Source: a virus
Lineage: Duplodnaviria; Heunggongvirae; Uroviricota; Caudoviricetes
Length of the DNA stretch: 52,019 nt
Reading direction: 5' to 3' (one strand)
Virus record (IMG/VR): IMGVR_UViG_2724679140_000011
Span: 1-52,019 of that record
In this document: one piece after another, positions 29,027-40,363 of the stretch
How the letters are laid out: each line of letters begins with the position of its first letter
How positions within the stretch are numbered: position 1 is the stretch's first letter
The notes under the pieces: generated by a model
Database searches by the model: none
The model's input: the letters and a program-made list of their open reading frames with translations, nothing else
Told to the model about the DNA's origin: nothing
Program-made: the position numbers and the translations under genes

Positions 29027-32000
29027 TCAGAACGACCAGTTCACACCAGCTACCCCGTTCCACGGGGATTCCACACCGGCACCATGGCTATACCCCACCC
29101 CAAGATGCCCGCTTAACGTACTGCTGAATGAGGCTTTAATACCTGCCTGGTATATTCCACGTCTGCCCGACAAATCATTGACGAAATTACCGTCACTATT
29201 CACTTTCACCCGGTTATCATCGACAAATTCTTTGCGCACAGCCGCCTTCAGCCACGGCTCAACTTCCATACCGTTCCCCAGACGCATGTTGTAACTCAGC
29301 GTTGCACCCAGTTCACGATATAAACTGCGGGTATCGACTGATTTCGATTCCATGCCATTGGATAAATGATATTCAGGGTTATCAGCGGTGAACCCCCGTT
29401 AACGATGCATACGGCGTCAGGTTCCAGTTACCATCGGTAAATCGCATCCCGGTTTCAATGTGACCGCCCAGCCCGTTGCTGCGATAACTGCCGTTGGCGG
29501 CTCCACCGCTGCCAACCGTGGAGTCGCGAGCTTCGGTACCTGCTAATACCAATAAATTACCGCCATTTTCCAGCAACATATTGGTCGCTAAATTGCCGGA
29601 AATGGAAAAAGTGCCGTACTGGTGAGTACCGCTGATTTCAATACCGTTAGCCGTGCTCGTCTGGAGAGCGGCACCGCTGTTCTGGACGATATCTGTCGCT
29701 TTGCCATTATCGTTAACTGTCAGCGTACCGCCTTCATTGATCTTTGTTTTTATTGCCTCTCCGTTAGCTGAAACTGTTTGTATTCCGCCGTCGTTAATCG
29801 TTGTCTCATTCGCCACCCCCTCGACGATTTGTTCGCCGCCGGTGAGCGTCGTGCCTGTCGCAGTGGCTTTTGTTTTGACGATCTCCCGTCCGCCCGTATT
29901 GACCTGTGTTTTGTCAGAAGAGGTGTCTGACTCCATGGTTAACACGCCGCCATTTGCCAGCAGGATATTGTTCGCCGCACCCTGCTCGATGCTGAACGCG
30001 ACGCCATCCGCGCGTGTTCCTGTGACCCGCGTCGCCCTGGTGGTTGCAACCAAAGCGTCCTGGCTACTCTGCTGTATCCCCGTTGCGCTGCCTTTCTCCC
30101 GCACATCGAGTGTGCCGCCGTCATTAAGCACCGAGTTTTCAGCCAGACCGCCCTCATTAACTACCTGTGAACACCCATTAATAATGGAACCTTCCGCTGT
30201 CCCGTTTGCCATAATTTGTTGTAGGCCAGAGACGATATCGGTATTGATTGCCTTACCATAATTCTGAACGGTTTGCGTGCCACCATTGATGTGTGTTTTC
30301 TCTGTTGACCCACCATCAACAATTTGTTCACCACTTTCGATATTTGCCTCAGTGGCTAATCCATATACCGTTTGCTTGCCACCTTTGATATTTGCTTTAT
30401 CAGAAGTGGCACTGGCATATATTGTTTGGGTGCCAGCACTATTGAGTACAGTGCCAACATCTTTTCCATAAACATCCATTTTGCCGTTGGCATTAATAAT
30501 CGTATCAACTGCCCGGGAACCAGTGACGACTGTTAATGAGCCAGCGTTTTCCAGCACTACATTTTTAGCTTCTGAATTCCTGATGTAGAAAGCATCACCA
30601 TAACTGTTGGTTCCTTCGATAAGGGTTCCGGAAGTTGTGGAAGCAATTAATGCGCCGCCGGATTGTTGCTCAACATGCTTAGCCTCACCACCGTCCTGAA
30701 CCTCCAGAACGCCACCATTATTAAGTCTGGTGGTATCTGTTTTAGCCTCCTTCTGGACAATCAGCTTACCGCCAGCATCAACGGTAGTATTTTTCGCCGA
30801 GGTTTTAGCCACTACCGTCAGTTCGCCGGTATTTTCCAGCACAACATAATTAGCCTCCCCTCCGGTAATAGTGAAGTGAGAGAGCTTGTTGTATCCTTCA
30901 ATATCAGTCCCTGCGCCCGTGTTGGCAACTAAAGCACTGCCCGTCTCCTGGTTAACCCCATGTGCAATACCACCGGTATAGACAATCAGCGAGCCTCCGG
31001 CGCTAATATTGCTGCCAGTTGCCGTACCATCTTTCTCAACAACCTGCCGGCTCCCGGAGGATATAATTGTCGTGTCAGCTTTCCCGCCGCTCTTGATATT
31101 TTGCGTTCCGCCGTTGATATTGGTACCCGTGGCAATACCATGATTATTAATATTCTGTGTACCACCATTGATTATGGTATTGGTCGCGTTTCCGGTAACA
31201 TCCATTACCCCGCCGTTATCTATTCGGGTCGCATCAGCTTTAGCATTCGTTAAAACTGACATTGTTCCTTTATCTTTAATAATCGTCTTGTTTGCCGAAC
31301 CATATGCGTTTATGTCTAAATGACCACCGTTTTCCAGCAACACATTGTCTGCCACGTGATTGTGGATGGAGAATGCACCTTCACTATTCGTACCGCTCAC
31401 CGTCGTACCGTTAGTGTTTGTTTTTAAAATTGCACCATCGTGCTGGGTAACATTTGTTGCCGTACCACCACTAACATCAAGCACGCCACCGGAATAAACT
31501 TCAATAACATCCGAGGAGCTGGTGTAATCAACAATTTGCGTACCACCAGAATAGATCTGAGTATTTTTGCCGTTGACTTATTATTCAGAGACTGAGTTCC
31601 ACCTTCAATCGTCGTGTCCAGCGCATGGCTTTCATATACTCTTTGCTCACCGCCATTTTTAATGGTGGTTGTTCCTACTGTGCTCTGTTCAACATACTGT
31701 CGTCCACCATTTATGATTGTGTTCGTTGCAATACTTCCTTGCGTGATGTCCTGATAACCGGACTTATTTATCGTTGTACCATCAACATGCCCCTGAGTTG
31801 TTACTTTCTGCCCTCCACCATCAATGATGGTTCCATTCGCAGTCCCCCCACTTATGTGTGAATTACCACCCTTAATTGTCGTTCCATTGCTGATACCACC
31901 TGTATAAACGTCCTGATTGCCACTGTCGATTATCGTACCGGTGGAAATGCCCCCGTCATGAATTGTCTGTCTTCCTCCGTTAATGGTTGTATTATTAGCC

Positions 32001-32293
32001 TGCCCCACAAAATTGTTATGACTTCCTACATCTTGATATCCACCCGATTCAATAAGACTTCCATTAGATACCCCGCCATGAACATTCTGCTGGCCATGGT
32101 TGATAATATGAGTGTTATTTGTTGTACCTCGTTCATCTACTCTTTGGCTGCCATCTACAGTCTCATCGTTTACCACACCAATAACATCAGGAGTGAAGGC
32201 CGTCATCCCAGGCGGGGCATATATCAAGGCAGATATCAATAAGGAAAGTACTGAGCGGCGACAATAATGGGGACTGGTCCTGTTCATAAATTT
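29027..32293 (-). pseudogene. autotransporter adhesin (AIDA/YpjA-like) disrupted into three frames
   Basis: Extended signal peptide MKFMNRTSPHYCRRSVLSLLISALIYA; repetitive GGTQ/T-I-x-GG passenger; C-terminal barrel ending NWSF; frame breaks near 31424-31484 and 29354-29381. Confidence 0.7.
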
Positions 32294-32699
32294 CATCCTC
32301 TGAAAAGTGAATACTGAGTAGCGTTTAAGCGACCTTAGCTCTGCTGCAACATCAGCCCACAGGCACCAGACCAGGGGATTCATCCTGAAGAGACAGCGCA
32401 AGTGTATTGTGTTCACCGCTCATCAAAGACATCATGATGAAATGATGATATTCCACATAAGAAAGAAGCATTTTTTAAACGCAGTGCGCTGAAGTATGGT
32501 TGGATAAAAAAGTCAATCTATTCAGGGAATACGGGGGTATTCTTTTCTTTCGACAATCAGGCCGTCGGCAAAATAAAATGATTTACATAATCGTTTCTGA
32601 TGAATATCTTCTGCTCACATAAAAATAACACAATAACTTTGAGATCGCAGATTCTTTTACTTTTACAGCATTCGTCCCCCCATTGTTGGGCAAATATAG

Positions 32700-32815
32700 A
32701 TTGGGCCAGAGCACGAAAGTTAATACCACGTTTGCACAGCTCCTCCAACAGCACGACAAGATGCCACATACTGCGCCCCAGTCGGTTCGGTTTACAGACT
32801 ACCCGTGCGTCCACC
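32700..32815 (-). pseudogene. Pin/Hin-family serine invertase fragment
   Basis: VVCKPNRLGRSMWHLVVLLEELCKRGINFRALAQSI matches the central resolvase-domain pattern; no N-terminal catalytic region. Confidence 0.5.
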
Positions 32816-32819
32816 GCCG

Positions 32820-32940
32820 ATAATGTCCTGAGCAGTTTTTTCAGTCCGGACCTCCTGCCACGGTTTTACGTTGAAGAGGTAACCCTGAGCACGCAGTTCA
32901 TCAGTCAGGCGTGGTGTACCGTAACCCTATTATTGATGGG
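32820..32940 (-). pseudogene. IS3-family transposase fragment
   Basis: YGTPRLTDELRAQGYLFNVK in another frame, truncated by a stop. Confidence 0.4.
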
Positions 32941-33199
32941 TAAGATCAAAAAAACTTTCAGGCAGCTAAGGAAAGTTGAACCAGACATTAGAATAAATAT
33001 TTCAACCAATTACAGCACCAATTCAGACACCGCCAGCTCAACAAATAAATCAAGGGGTTACGTGAAAGCGTAGCCCCTTTTTCTTTGGTAGTGGCAGCAA
33101 AATGGTTGTAGTGTAAAAAATAATCCCGTTTAATCAATCAATAATACATATTGTTTCAATCTACGTTATTATCTCTTTGTAAAAATAGCCATTTATTAA

Positions 33200-33943
33200 T
33201 CATTGAAAACTGCTTTTAGAACTTGATACAACGGGACTAGTCACAACAGGACTATTCTCAACGGGATCATCCTCAGAGGAACTATCATCAAAGTCATCAT
33301 CCATAAATAAAATATCATCGAATGGTGCCACGCCCGTGATGAGTTTTATTTTATTATTACGATCAGTCAAGACTCCACTTAAACCGTTTTCGCTCACAGG
33401 TTTTAATGATTTTTCATTACTCTTGTTGTAAGCAGGCGCATTAAAAATACACGGAGTATCAAGATCAAACAATGACGTTCCCCAGTTCACATATTGAATA
33501 TCATAGTTACTGAAGTTCTGTCCAGAAAAGAAGCATCCCTTAAAATCCAATCCACCTAAATTATATAAACCATCCTCTTCTTTTTGGAGAGTAATGTTAA
33601 TTTTGGCTATCTCCCGGACATCATCGCCATTTTTATATTTGAATACCGTTTCAAGATTTTCCCCACACAGTTTGACTTCTGGAAATAATTTGAAATCAAA
33701 GCCTATATTATTATGTATCAACGTAGATGAACAAAAGATGGAGAAAGCTTGCAGTGCTGAATTATAGCTTTCGATTTTATCCTGAGGCTGCGCTCTTGGT
33801 AAAAACTCATAGCAACATTCATAAAAATTAAGTAGAAACTCTGAAGACCTTCCATTTTTATCAAATAATATCCCCTTGAACTCATTCACAAACGCATCTT
33901 TTTTTTCTTGAATATCTATGGGGTGTTCCTTTGACTCTGACAA
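33200..33943 (-). CDS. hypothetical protein, 247 aa, AT-rich, acidic/Ser-rich C-terminal tail
   Basis: Downstream gene of a two-gene AT-rich operon. Confidence 0.5.
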   Translation of the reverse strand: MSESKEHPIDIQEKKDAFVNEFKGILFDKNGRSSEFLLNFYECCYEFLPRAQPQDKIESYNSALQAFSIFCSSTLIHNNIGFDFKLFPEVKLCGENLETVFKYKNGDDVREIAKINITLQKEEDGLYNLGGLDFKGCFFSGQNFSNYDIQYVNWGTSLFDLDTPCIFNAPAYNKSNEKSLKPVSENGLSGVLTDRNNKIKLITGVAPFDDILFMDDDFDDSSSEDDPVENSPVVTSPVVSSSKSSFQ

Positions 33944-33957
33944 AGATGAAATCTCAT

Positions 33958-34572
33958 CTATTTTTTTTCATATGAATTACGTGATTCCATACAGACATTT
34001 GGCGGCGTTTCTAAAATAACACTACGCGTACTACTTGGCTTAAGTAAACCAACATGAAAATCACTTTTTCTTATATTATCGAAAAGGTTCTGTTCATTTC
34101 TTTTAACGCATTCAAAAAACTGATCGTCATTATTTTTATTCGATAATTTTTTAGTTTCAGAAAACACATTTTCATTGTTTTCCAGCTTTAGTTTAATGAG
34201 AAGATTTTCCCAGACCTGCTTGCTTAAACATATTACGTCAGGCTCACCAGAACTAACTAACTCGTGATTATTATTAAAGTGTACGTTGAATACCTTTAAG
34301 TTATTTTCACCAACTTCATATTTAATACGTTTTAATTGTTCTCCAACTCCCATAATGACAAAGGCGTTGCCTTCATGATATATACATTCAGACATCATTT
34401 TTTGTAAAGTTTCAAGAGCACCGCGATACGTCTCTGATGCAGCTTCCTTACAAATTAATTTTAAAATACTATGAGCTAGTAGCTCCATGTGTTTAGAAGA
34501 TTTATTTTCATTATAACTTCCACTACCCAAAACTGCGCTAGCGTTAAATCCGTTGCTTTTACTAACTAACAT
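33958..34572 (-). CDS. hypothetical protein, 204 aa, AT-rich
   Basis: Upstream gene of the operon; 14-bp gap to the next gene. Confidence 0.5.
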   Translation of the reverse strand: MLVSKSNGFNASAVLGSGSYNENKSSKHMELLAHSILKLICKEAASETYRGALETLQKMMSECIYHEGNAFVIMGVGEQLKRIKYEVGENNLKVFNVHFNNNHELVSSGEPDVICLSKQVWENLLIKLKLENNENVFSETKKLSNKNNDDQFFECVKRNEQNLFDNIRKSDFHVGLLKPSSTRSVILETPPNVCMESRNSYEKK

Positions 34573-35321
34573 TGTCTATTCCTCAATTAATGTCTACATG
34601 GCTATTTTTAATGTTATTACTGTTTGTCACTATAAAAAAACGCTCATTTGAGAAAATTACTGATATTAACTGCTTCACTTGCTACGCATGGAACTTTTAA
34701 TTAAATTAGCACAGGAATGTTAAATTTAATAAACAAAAGGTTATTTCGCTGTATGATAAAAAAACCGTTATAATTTATTAGTGAAAATCGTTTTTCAAGT
34801 GTTAGAAATTTATATCTCAATAGCGTTGGTTAATGAGCATAGCCACGCTCCTGTAACGCTCACAAAACTCATCTGCCTGCGGCGGGTGTTCTGGTCAGTA
34901 GTAGATGTTTAAGGCGTGGCAGAGACATTTCATCCTTACTCTACGGCATTGTTCTACATACATTGGTTGTGGTACTCACTCATCATCAGTGAGCGAACAG
35001 AGAATAGTTCAGTGATTTGAGTAATTAACCTGATTAAATTAAGGGGTATAATAAATGATAATACTCTGGCTTTATCGTTAATTACTTAATTCCACATGTA
35101 AGCAATTTGCCCGCTTGGCATAGCAGGCATTTTTTCCAGGTACTTTTGAATGAGTACTGATGGATAAATACATTGCAGTGGCGTGCCACGTACCAAAACA
35201 CCAGCCCTCATTCGAAACCACCCACCGCACTTCTTCCTTGAAATGGCGTTAGTCATGAAATATAGACCGCCATCGAGTACCCCTTGTACCCTTAACTCTT
35301 CCTGATACGTAAATAATGATT

Positions 35322-35368
35322 TGGTGGCCCTTGCTGGACTTGAACCAGCGACCAAGCGATTATGAGTC
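35322..35368 (-). repeat. tRNA-Ile (CAU anticodon, ileX/ileY-like) 3' fragment, att-site copy
   Basis: Minus strand reads gactcataatcgcttggtcgctggttcaagtccagcaagggccacca; the 5' half is absent. Confidence 0.7.
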
Positions 35369-35564
35369 ATGAGGCAAGTTCGTTCTATATTGTTTTTGTT
35401 TGTTCGTGATTGTTTTATTAGTTGTTTATAATCAATGAATTATGTAATTTTCTCTGTCTCCGCTTGGTTCCGTTTTTTCTTCATTGTACGATCGTTACCT
35501 GACCCATTACCTGACCCAAAATCACGAGTTATTCTGATTGTTACTGGTTTAGAAAAGAGGTTCT

Positions 35565-36881
35565 ATGGCCGTCAATCTTACTGAAACAGCCATCCGAGCA
35601 TTGAAAGCAAAAAAGACATCGTTCTATGTCTGGAGCAACAGCTCTCAACGTGGCACTGGACGACTTGGTGTCAAAGTTCAGTCTTCTGGCAGCAAGATTT
35701 TCTATTTCCGCTATTATGTGGAAAAAGGGAAAAAAGAAAGATTCATTCAATTGGGTATATGGCCTGAGATGAAACTGGCCACAGCGAATGAACTGGCAAA
35801 AAAGTATGGTGCCTGGCTCATTGAAGGAAAGGATCCCCAGGCAGAACTGGAACGACAACAGTTTGCAGAACAGCAGCGGATACAACTCCATCAATCACAG
35901 GGCTCATTTGAAGCATTGATTCATGGTTATGTTAACAAAATGAAAATTGATAATAAGAGGACATGGCAGGATGTTCTGAAACGCCTTGAAAATGAATGCT
36001 ATACAGTGATCCCCCGTGAAACTAAAGCTAAAGATGTGACTTCCGGACAGATTAAACATATCCTGGCCGGGATCATTCAGCGTGGTGCTGTGGTTCACTC
36101 TAACCGGATCCGTTCTTACCTGATGGCTGCATTTAACTATGGACTGAAAGCAGATAACGATCCGATGAACACAAGTGCAGGGATTACTTTTGGGCTGGAG
36201 GCAAATCCGGTGTCAGTGATACCGAAACAGTCATCTGCTGAAAAAGTCGGTGATACTTGGCTGACACTTGAAGAGTTGCGTTTTCTAATGGAACATTTTG
36301 CTGAAGCAACCAACGTTGGATTATTGATGCAACATTTGATCCGATTCTGTATCTATACCGGAGGGCAACGTCCCTTCGAAATGATCGCCAGTCAGTGGTG
36401 TGATGTTGATTTTCAACAAAAAACGCTGCTGGTGACTGCTGATGTCTCTAAAAATAAACGAGAGCATTTGATACCGTTGACTGAATCAGCATTACAGGAA
36501 TTATCCTGTGTGCAGGAGTTAACAAAAGAAAAATCCAGCCCTTACATTTTTCCACTTTCGACTAATGGTAAGCGTCCGGTTCGTACGGACAGTCTGGCTC
36601 GCGCTATCATGTATTTCCGGGCTTTTAATCCTGACTTTAAAATTTTTACAGCACGTGACTTACGTCGGACCTGTAAAACGTTAATGGGAGAAGCTGGGAT
36701 CAGTAAGGAGATCCGCGATCGTATTCAAAATCATGCGTTGAACGATGTCAGTTCAAAACATTATGATCGATACGATTATTTGCCAGAAAAACGCAGAGCA
36801 CTTGAGATCTGGGAGGACCGGGTTAATAACTATCAACAGCAAACAGGCAATAATGTTGTCAATCTGTTTGGCAGAAGGTGA
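35565..36881 (+). CDS. P4-type tyrosine integrase
   Basis: 438 aa; N-terminus ...TSFYVWSNSSQ...KIFYFRYY typical of the P4-type arm-binding domain; adjacent to the tRNA fragment. Confidence 0.9.
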   Translation: MAVNLTETAIRALKAKKTSFYVWSNSSQRGTGRLGVKVQSSGSKIFYFRYYVEKGKKERFIQLGIWPEMKLATANELAKKYGAWLIEGKDPQAELERQQFAEQQRIQLHQSQGSFEALIHGYVNKMKIDNKRTWQDVLKRLENECYTVIPRETKAKDVTSGQIKHILAGIIQRGAVVHSNRIRSYLMAAFNYGLKADNDPMNTSAGITFGLEANPVSVIPKQSSAEKVGDTWLTLEELRFLMEHFAEATNVGLLMQHLIRFCIYTGGQRPFEMIASQWCDVDFQQKTLLVTADVSKNKREHLIPLTESALQELSCVQELTKEKSSPYIFPLSTNGKRPVRTDSLARAIMYFRAFNPDFKIFTARDLRRTCKTLMGEAGISKEIRDRIQNHALNDVSSKHYDRYDYLPEKRRALEIWEDRVNNYQQQTGNNVVNLFGRR

Positions 36882-36980
36882 GGGAGTTCCTGGTCGCTGT
36901 ACGAATTGTGTACAATTGATGGGTATTGTTGATGCACTTGGTTCTTGTATTGTTTACTATAATTATTGAGGTAAATTTTC

Positions 36981-37607
36981 GTGCCGGTATTACTCAGAGG
37001 GGATTCAAAAATGGCTGTAATTCCAATGTCTTACTCCCCTGCTACTGTAGCTCGTCGTTTTTCGATACTGGATGGAGTAACTATTCAGGGCGTGCTTTAC
37101 CAGATCATCTGGGATCCAAAGACTCCGTTTGCTGCGGTAATCGAAGCTGCACCTTCTGTTATTGATGGTGATGTTCGCCATAAGGTTGTTGCCACTCTGG
37201 AGCTTCAGCGTCGTCCCCGGCTTGAAGGCGTGTTTGTCCAGAAATTCTGGGAAGAACAGGATGTTGCTCAGATTGAAGGGATTGTTGTCGATGGCGCTGT
37301 ACGTGATGTTGGTCTTGCAACGTTTGTTTATGAAACGATAGTCACAAAAGCGGGCGTTGTACTATTAAGTGATAACGAGCAATATGAAGGAGGTAAAGCT
37401 CTCTGGCAGCATATTGCGCGTCGTTCAACGAATCTGAAGGTGTTTATTTTAGATACTGATTCCGCACGGTATTACCCGTTTGATGGCGAACGGATCAGTT
37501 ATGACGGGAAAAGCATCCCGGAATCAGAAATCTGGAGTGAACATCCTGAGCGAAACAGACACGCTGTCGTTCTTGTGGCTGAATCTGTTAATGGCAAAGC
37601 CGCATAA
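36981..37607 (+). CDS. hypothetical protein, about 200 aa
   Basis: ORF downstream of the integrase, convergent with the 534-aa gene. Confidence 0.5.
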   Translation: MPVLLRGDSKMAVIPMSYSPATVARRFSILDGVTIQGVLYQIIWDPKTPFAAVIEAAPSVIDGDVRHKVVATLELQRRPRLEGVFVQKFWEEQDVAQIEGIVVDGAVRDVGLATFVYETIVTKAGVVLLSDNEQYEGGKALWQHIARRSTNLKVFILDTDSARYYPFDGERISYDGKSIPESEIWSEHPERNRHAVVLVAESVNGKAA

Positions 37608-37689
37608 TTTGCCGAGTGTCTCGTTTTTTGAGATCTTGCTGGAAAGTCTCCCTTGGGGATAGCGAACTGCTATCCCCTTTCTCAGTGAG

Positions 37690-39294
37690 TTACTGTTCGA
37701 CCAGACATTTTCCCCATAAAGGTCGTATCGAGTATCTATCTTCGCTATATGGATTTATTTTATTTTTTTCCCTCTGTGCTATCAGCAACGTGTCGATCTC
37801 ATCCTTAATAATGTGTTGAACTGCTTGACGGTAACGGTTAAGCGAAGTGTCACTGATATCTTGTGGAAGTTGTAGACTGCTATCTGCCTTGACGAGTTCA
37901 TTCACACCATCTTTAATTTTGCGTCCCTGACCATCAGGTATACCTTCATTCAGATCATAGCCTTTCAGTCCTGCAAGACGAATATTCACGTCAATCTTTT
38001 CTGTACGTTTCTTTTTGTTACTTACCAACAGAATTTTATTGGCGTTATACCATTTTTCAAATGTTTCCAGTTGTTTCATGATGTTTGTGAAGTTATTCAG
38101 TTCGCTCCTGAATTCAATAGATTTTCTAATTTCACGCTCTTTTGCATCAATGTTTATTCCTGGATAATTTATTTCCCTTTTTAACGGTTCTATGTATGCC
38201 TGTTGCAGGCAACCAGCAAGATTCATTGCTGCATCCTGCAGGGTATTGGTATAAATCAGTTTCAGAAGTTCATCGCGCTGTATAGTGATTTGACAATAGT
38301 CTTTTTCCCATGCGGTGGTGTTTTCAATCGTGTCACTTTCATCGGAAATAATTGTTGTGAATTTCCAGGTGTAACGAATAAAATCATTTCCTTTAAAATA
38401 TTGCACTAATTTATTTAACCATTCATATATTTCCAGAGCATAAAGTTTAACGTATCCATCATATATTATCTTTGTTGCATTTTTGTTGGCTAGCGAAAAC
38501 ATTTTGTCCACGAATTCTGTACGCCCGATTGTTAGCAATTGTTTTCTAAGTTTACTCACATCGTTAGTATCTGGTTTCTCACAATTCCAGGGACTTTTGT
38601 ATTCATTTTCAAAAGGAGAAAGCCATTCAGGAATCTCTGTTTTTGAGTGATAGCAGTTGTTAATAGCCAAACCAAGGGTTCTGGCAAGTATCGCTGATTC
38701 ATCAATTTGATGGTATCGGTTCAGTTGTTCCAGTAATTCTTTAGTACATGAGTGCGCAACAGAAAGATCCTGATGGCAATATCCTTGTCGAACCAGAGCG
38801 GGAAGTGGTGAGCAATGAGCTTTACAATCTGTCAGAATATTGAACAAATCGTTTCTGACGAATTCTTCCATCTCAGGTGTTTTCCAGCCACCACTATTTT
38901 GGCCGACAAATTTTGCTGTTGGTTCCCTGTTCATATCTCCCCAGGTTTTCAGGCTGACGAGTCTGTTATCAAAACCATTGTATAAATGGCACATAACCTG
39001 AAAAGCAGCATACAGCTCTTTAGATAGTGGATTATCGGTCTCACCTATGGAGTAGTCCTCTCTATTTTGCTCTAAAATATTTTGTAGTTTTGTGTTAGCG
39101 CGTAATGCCGAGAGAATCCGATGTTGTTCATCAAACCAGGGACGATATTCTGGATCCAGATACAATCTGCGTGCTTTGAAAATGAGTAGAAGCAACTGTT
39201 CGGAAACAGCTTCATGTATGTGGGGAAACGGCATGGAGGTGCCAGATAAAACACGATAGTACGGGTGGTTTGTTTTTACCTTTTTAGTTACCAT
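37690..39294 (-). CDS. hypothetical protein, 534 aa, AT-rich orphan gene
   Basis: Long ORF in AT-rich DNA with no recognisable motif; integrase-proximal position. Confidence 0.65.
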   Translation of the reverse strand: MVTKKVKTNHPYYRVLSGTSMPFPHIHEAVSEQLLLLIFKARRLYLDPEYRPWFDEQHRILSALRANTKLQNILEQNREDYSIGETDNPLSKELYAAFQVMCHLYNGFDNRLVSLKTWGDMNREPTAKFVGQNSGGWKTPEMEEFVRNDLFNILTDCKAHCSPLPALVRQGYCHQDLSVAHSCTKELLEQLNRYHQIDESAILARTLGLAINNCYHSKTEIPEWLSPFENEYKSPWNCEKPDTNDVSKLRKQLLTIGRTEFVDKMFSLANKNATKIIYDGYVKLYALEIYEWLNKLVQYFKGNDFIRYTWKFTTIISDESDTIENTTAWEKDYCQITIQRDELLKLIYTNTLQDAAMNLAGCLQQAYIEPLKREINYPGINIDAKEREIRKSIEFRSELNNFTNIMKQLETFEKWYNANKILLVSNKKKRTEKIDVNIRLAGLKGYDLNEGIPDGQGRKIKDGVNELVKADSSLQLPQDISDTSLNRYRQAVQHIIKDEIDTLLIAQREKNKINPYSEDRYSIRPLWGKCLVEQ

Positions 39295-40073
39295 AATGTT
39301 AAATTCTTCCGTCTATTGCATAGCTGTTTCCTGTAGAGAAACTTGATACAGTCCTTTGTCAGGACATTGATACAGAGTTAACAGCCTCTACGAAATGGGA
39401 ATCAGTTATGCAGTGGCATTATACGATGCTGAATCTAATACGATATCCTTAGCGTTTATTCCTGATTTTTTTACGAGCATTCCCTTTTGTTGCATATTGC
39501 TCAGGACGTAAATGATTTTACGGTTATAGCCCTCTACAGTCACGTCACTTTCATCTGAAAATATGTATCGTTTTCATTCAATTATTATCTTTTGTCTGCA
39601 CTTTAGCTTTAGCAAGTTGGCAAAAATCAACTCCCTCTTACAAGTTCTATTATCGCTAGAAGATAATTTTGTGAACTTCGTCACGTTTTCAAACTAATGT
39701 TGTGGGGGCTTTTCTGGGGAAAATTTTTGGTCACTACCCCTCCTCTTGATATCATAGATCATAACAAGATTTTTTTTGTTTTTGTCTGCATAAAATAACC
39801 TACGAAGATTATGATTTTGGTTTTTATTTTGTATATTAAAAAGTATTGTTTGAATTATTTTTATATTGTGACTTTCTTTGTTGTTATTGTGTTATAAGAA
39901 GTCAGTTAATTAAATCAATTCTCGCAATTTGATTTCTTTGTTGTGCAAATGTATTGTTTTGCTCGTGAGTTGCTGGTGCTGTTCAGCAGCATACCACTAC
40001 AGATAGATGTAGTGATTTGAGCAGCTCACATGCATATACAATCTGAAAATCATGAATGTATAAGGAGAGCAAT

Positions 40074-40301
40074 ATGTGGAAGCCGTTAAGAGATGAGAAC
40101 CGTTTATCAATTTTGAAGATCTATGGATACACCTGTGACAGACTGGTACGAGAAGAGGAACGTCAGAACATTACGTCTATTTCTCGTTCACAAGCCTGGA
40201 AACTGGAACGTGAAGGAAAATTCCCGCCACGTAAAACTATTGGAAAGAAATCCTGTGGATGGTTATTAAGTGATCTATTGTGGTGGATTAGTCAGTATTA
40301 A
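40074..40301 (+). CDS. AlpA-family DNA-binding regulator
   Basis: aaggag SD then ATG; ISRSQAWKLEREGKFPPRKTIGKKSCGWLLSDLLWWI resembles the AlpA HTH. Confidence 0.6.
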   Translation: MWKPLRDENRLSILKIYGYTCDRLVREEERQNITSISRSQAWKLEREGKFPPRKTIGKKSCGWLLSDLLWWISQY

Positions 40302-40363
40302 CCTTATAGTATCAGAATAATATATATTTCTATATTTTAATTTTATAATTAAAAAGGAGTTTC

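Noticed and set aside
29653-31253. Plus-strand ORFs inside the autotransporter region
   Set aside because: They are antisense to the repetitive adhesin coding sequence, where long open frames arise by chance.
32600-33073. 157-aa plus-strand ORF
   Set aside because: It is antisense to the invertase and transposase remnants and has no recognisable features.
35086-35370. 94-aa minus-strand ORF
   Set aside because: Its N-terminal codons are the tRNA-Ile fragment itself (translation THNRLVAGSSPARA is the tRNA 3' end read as protein).
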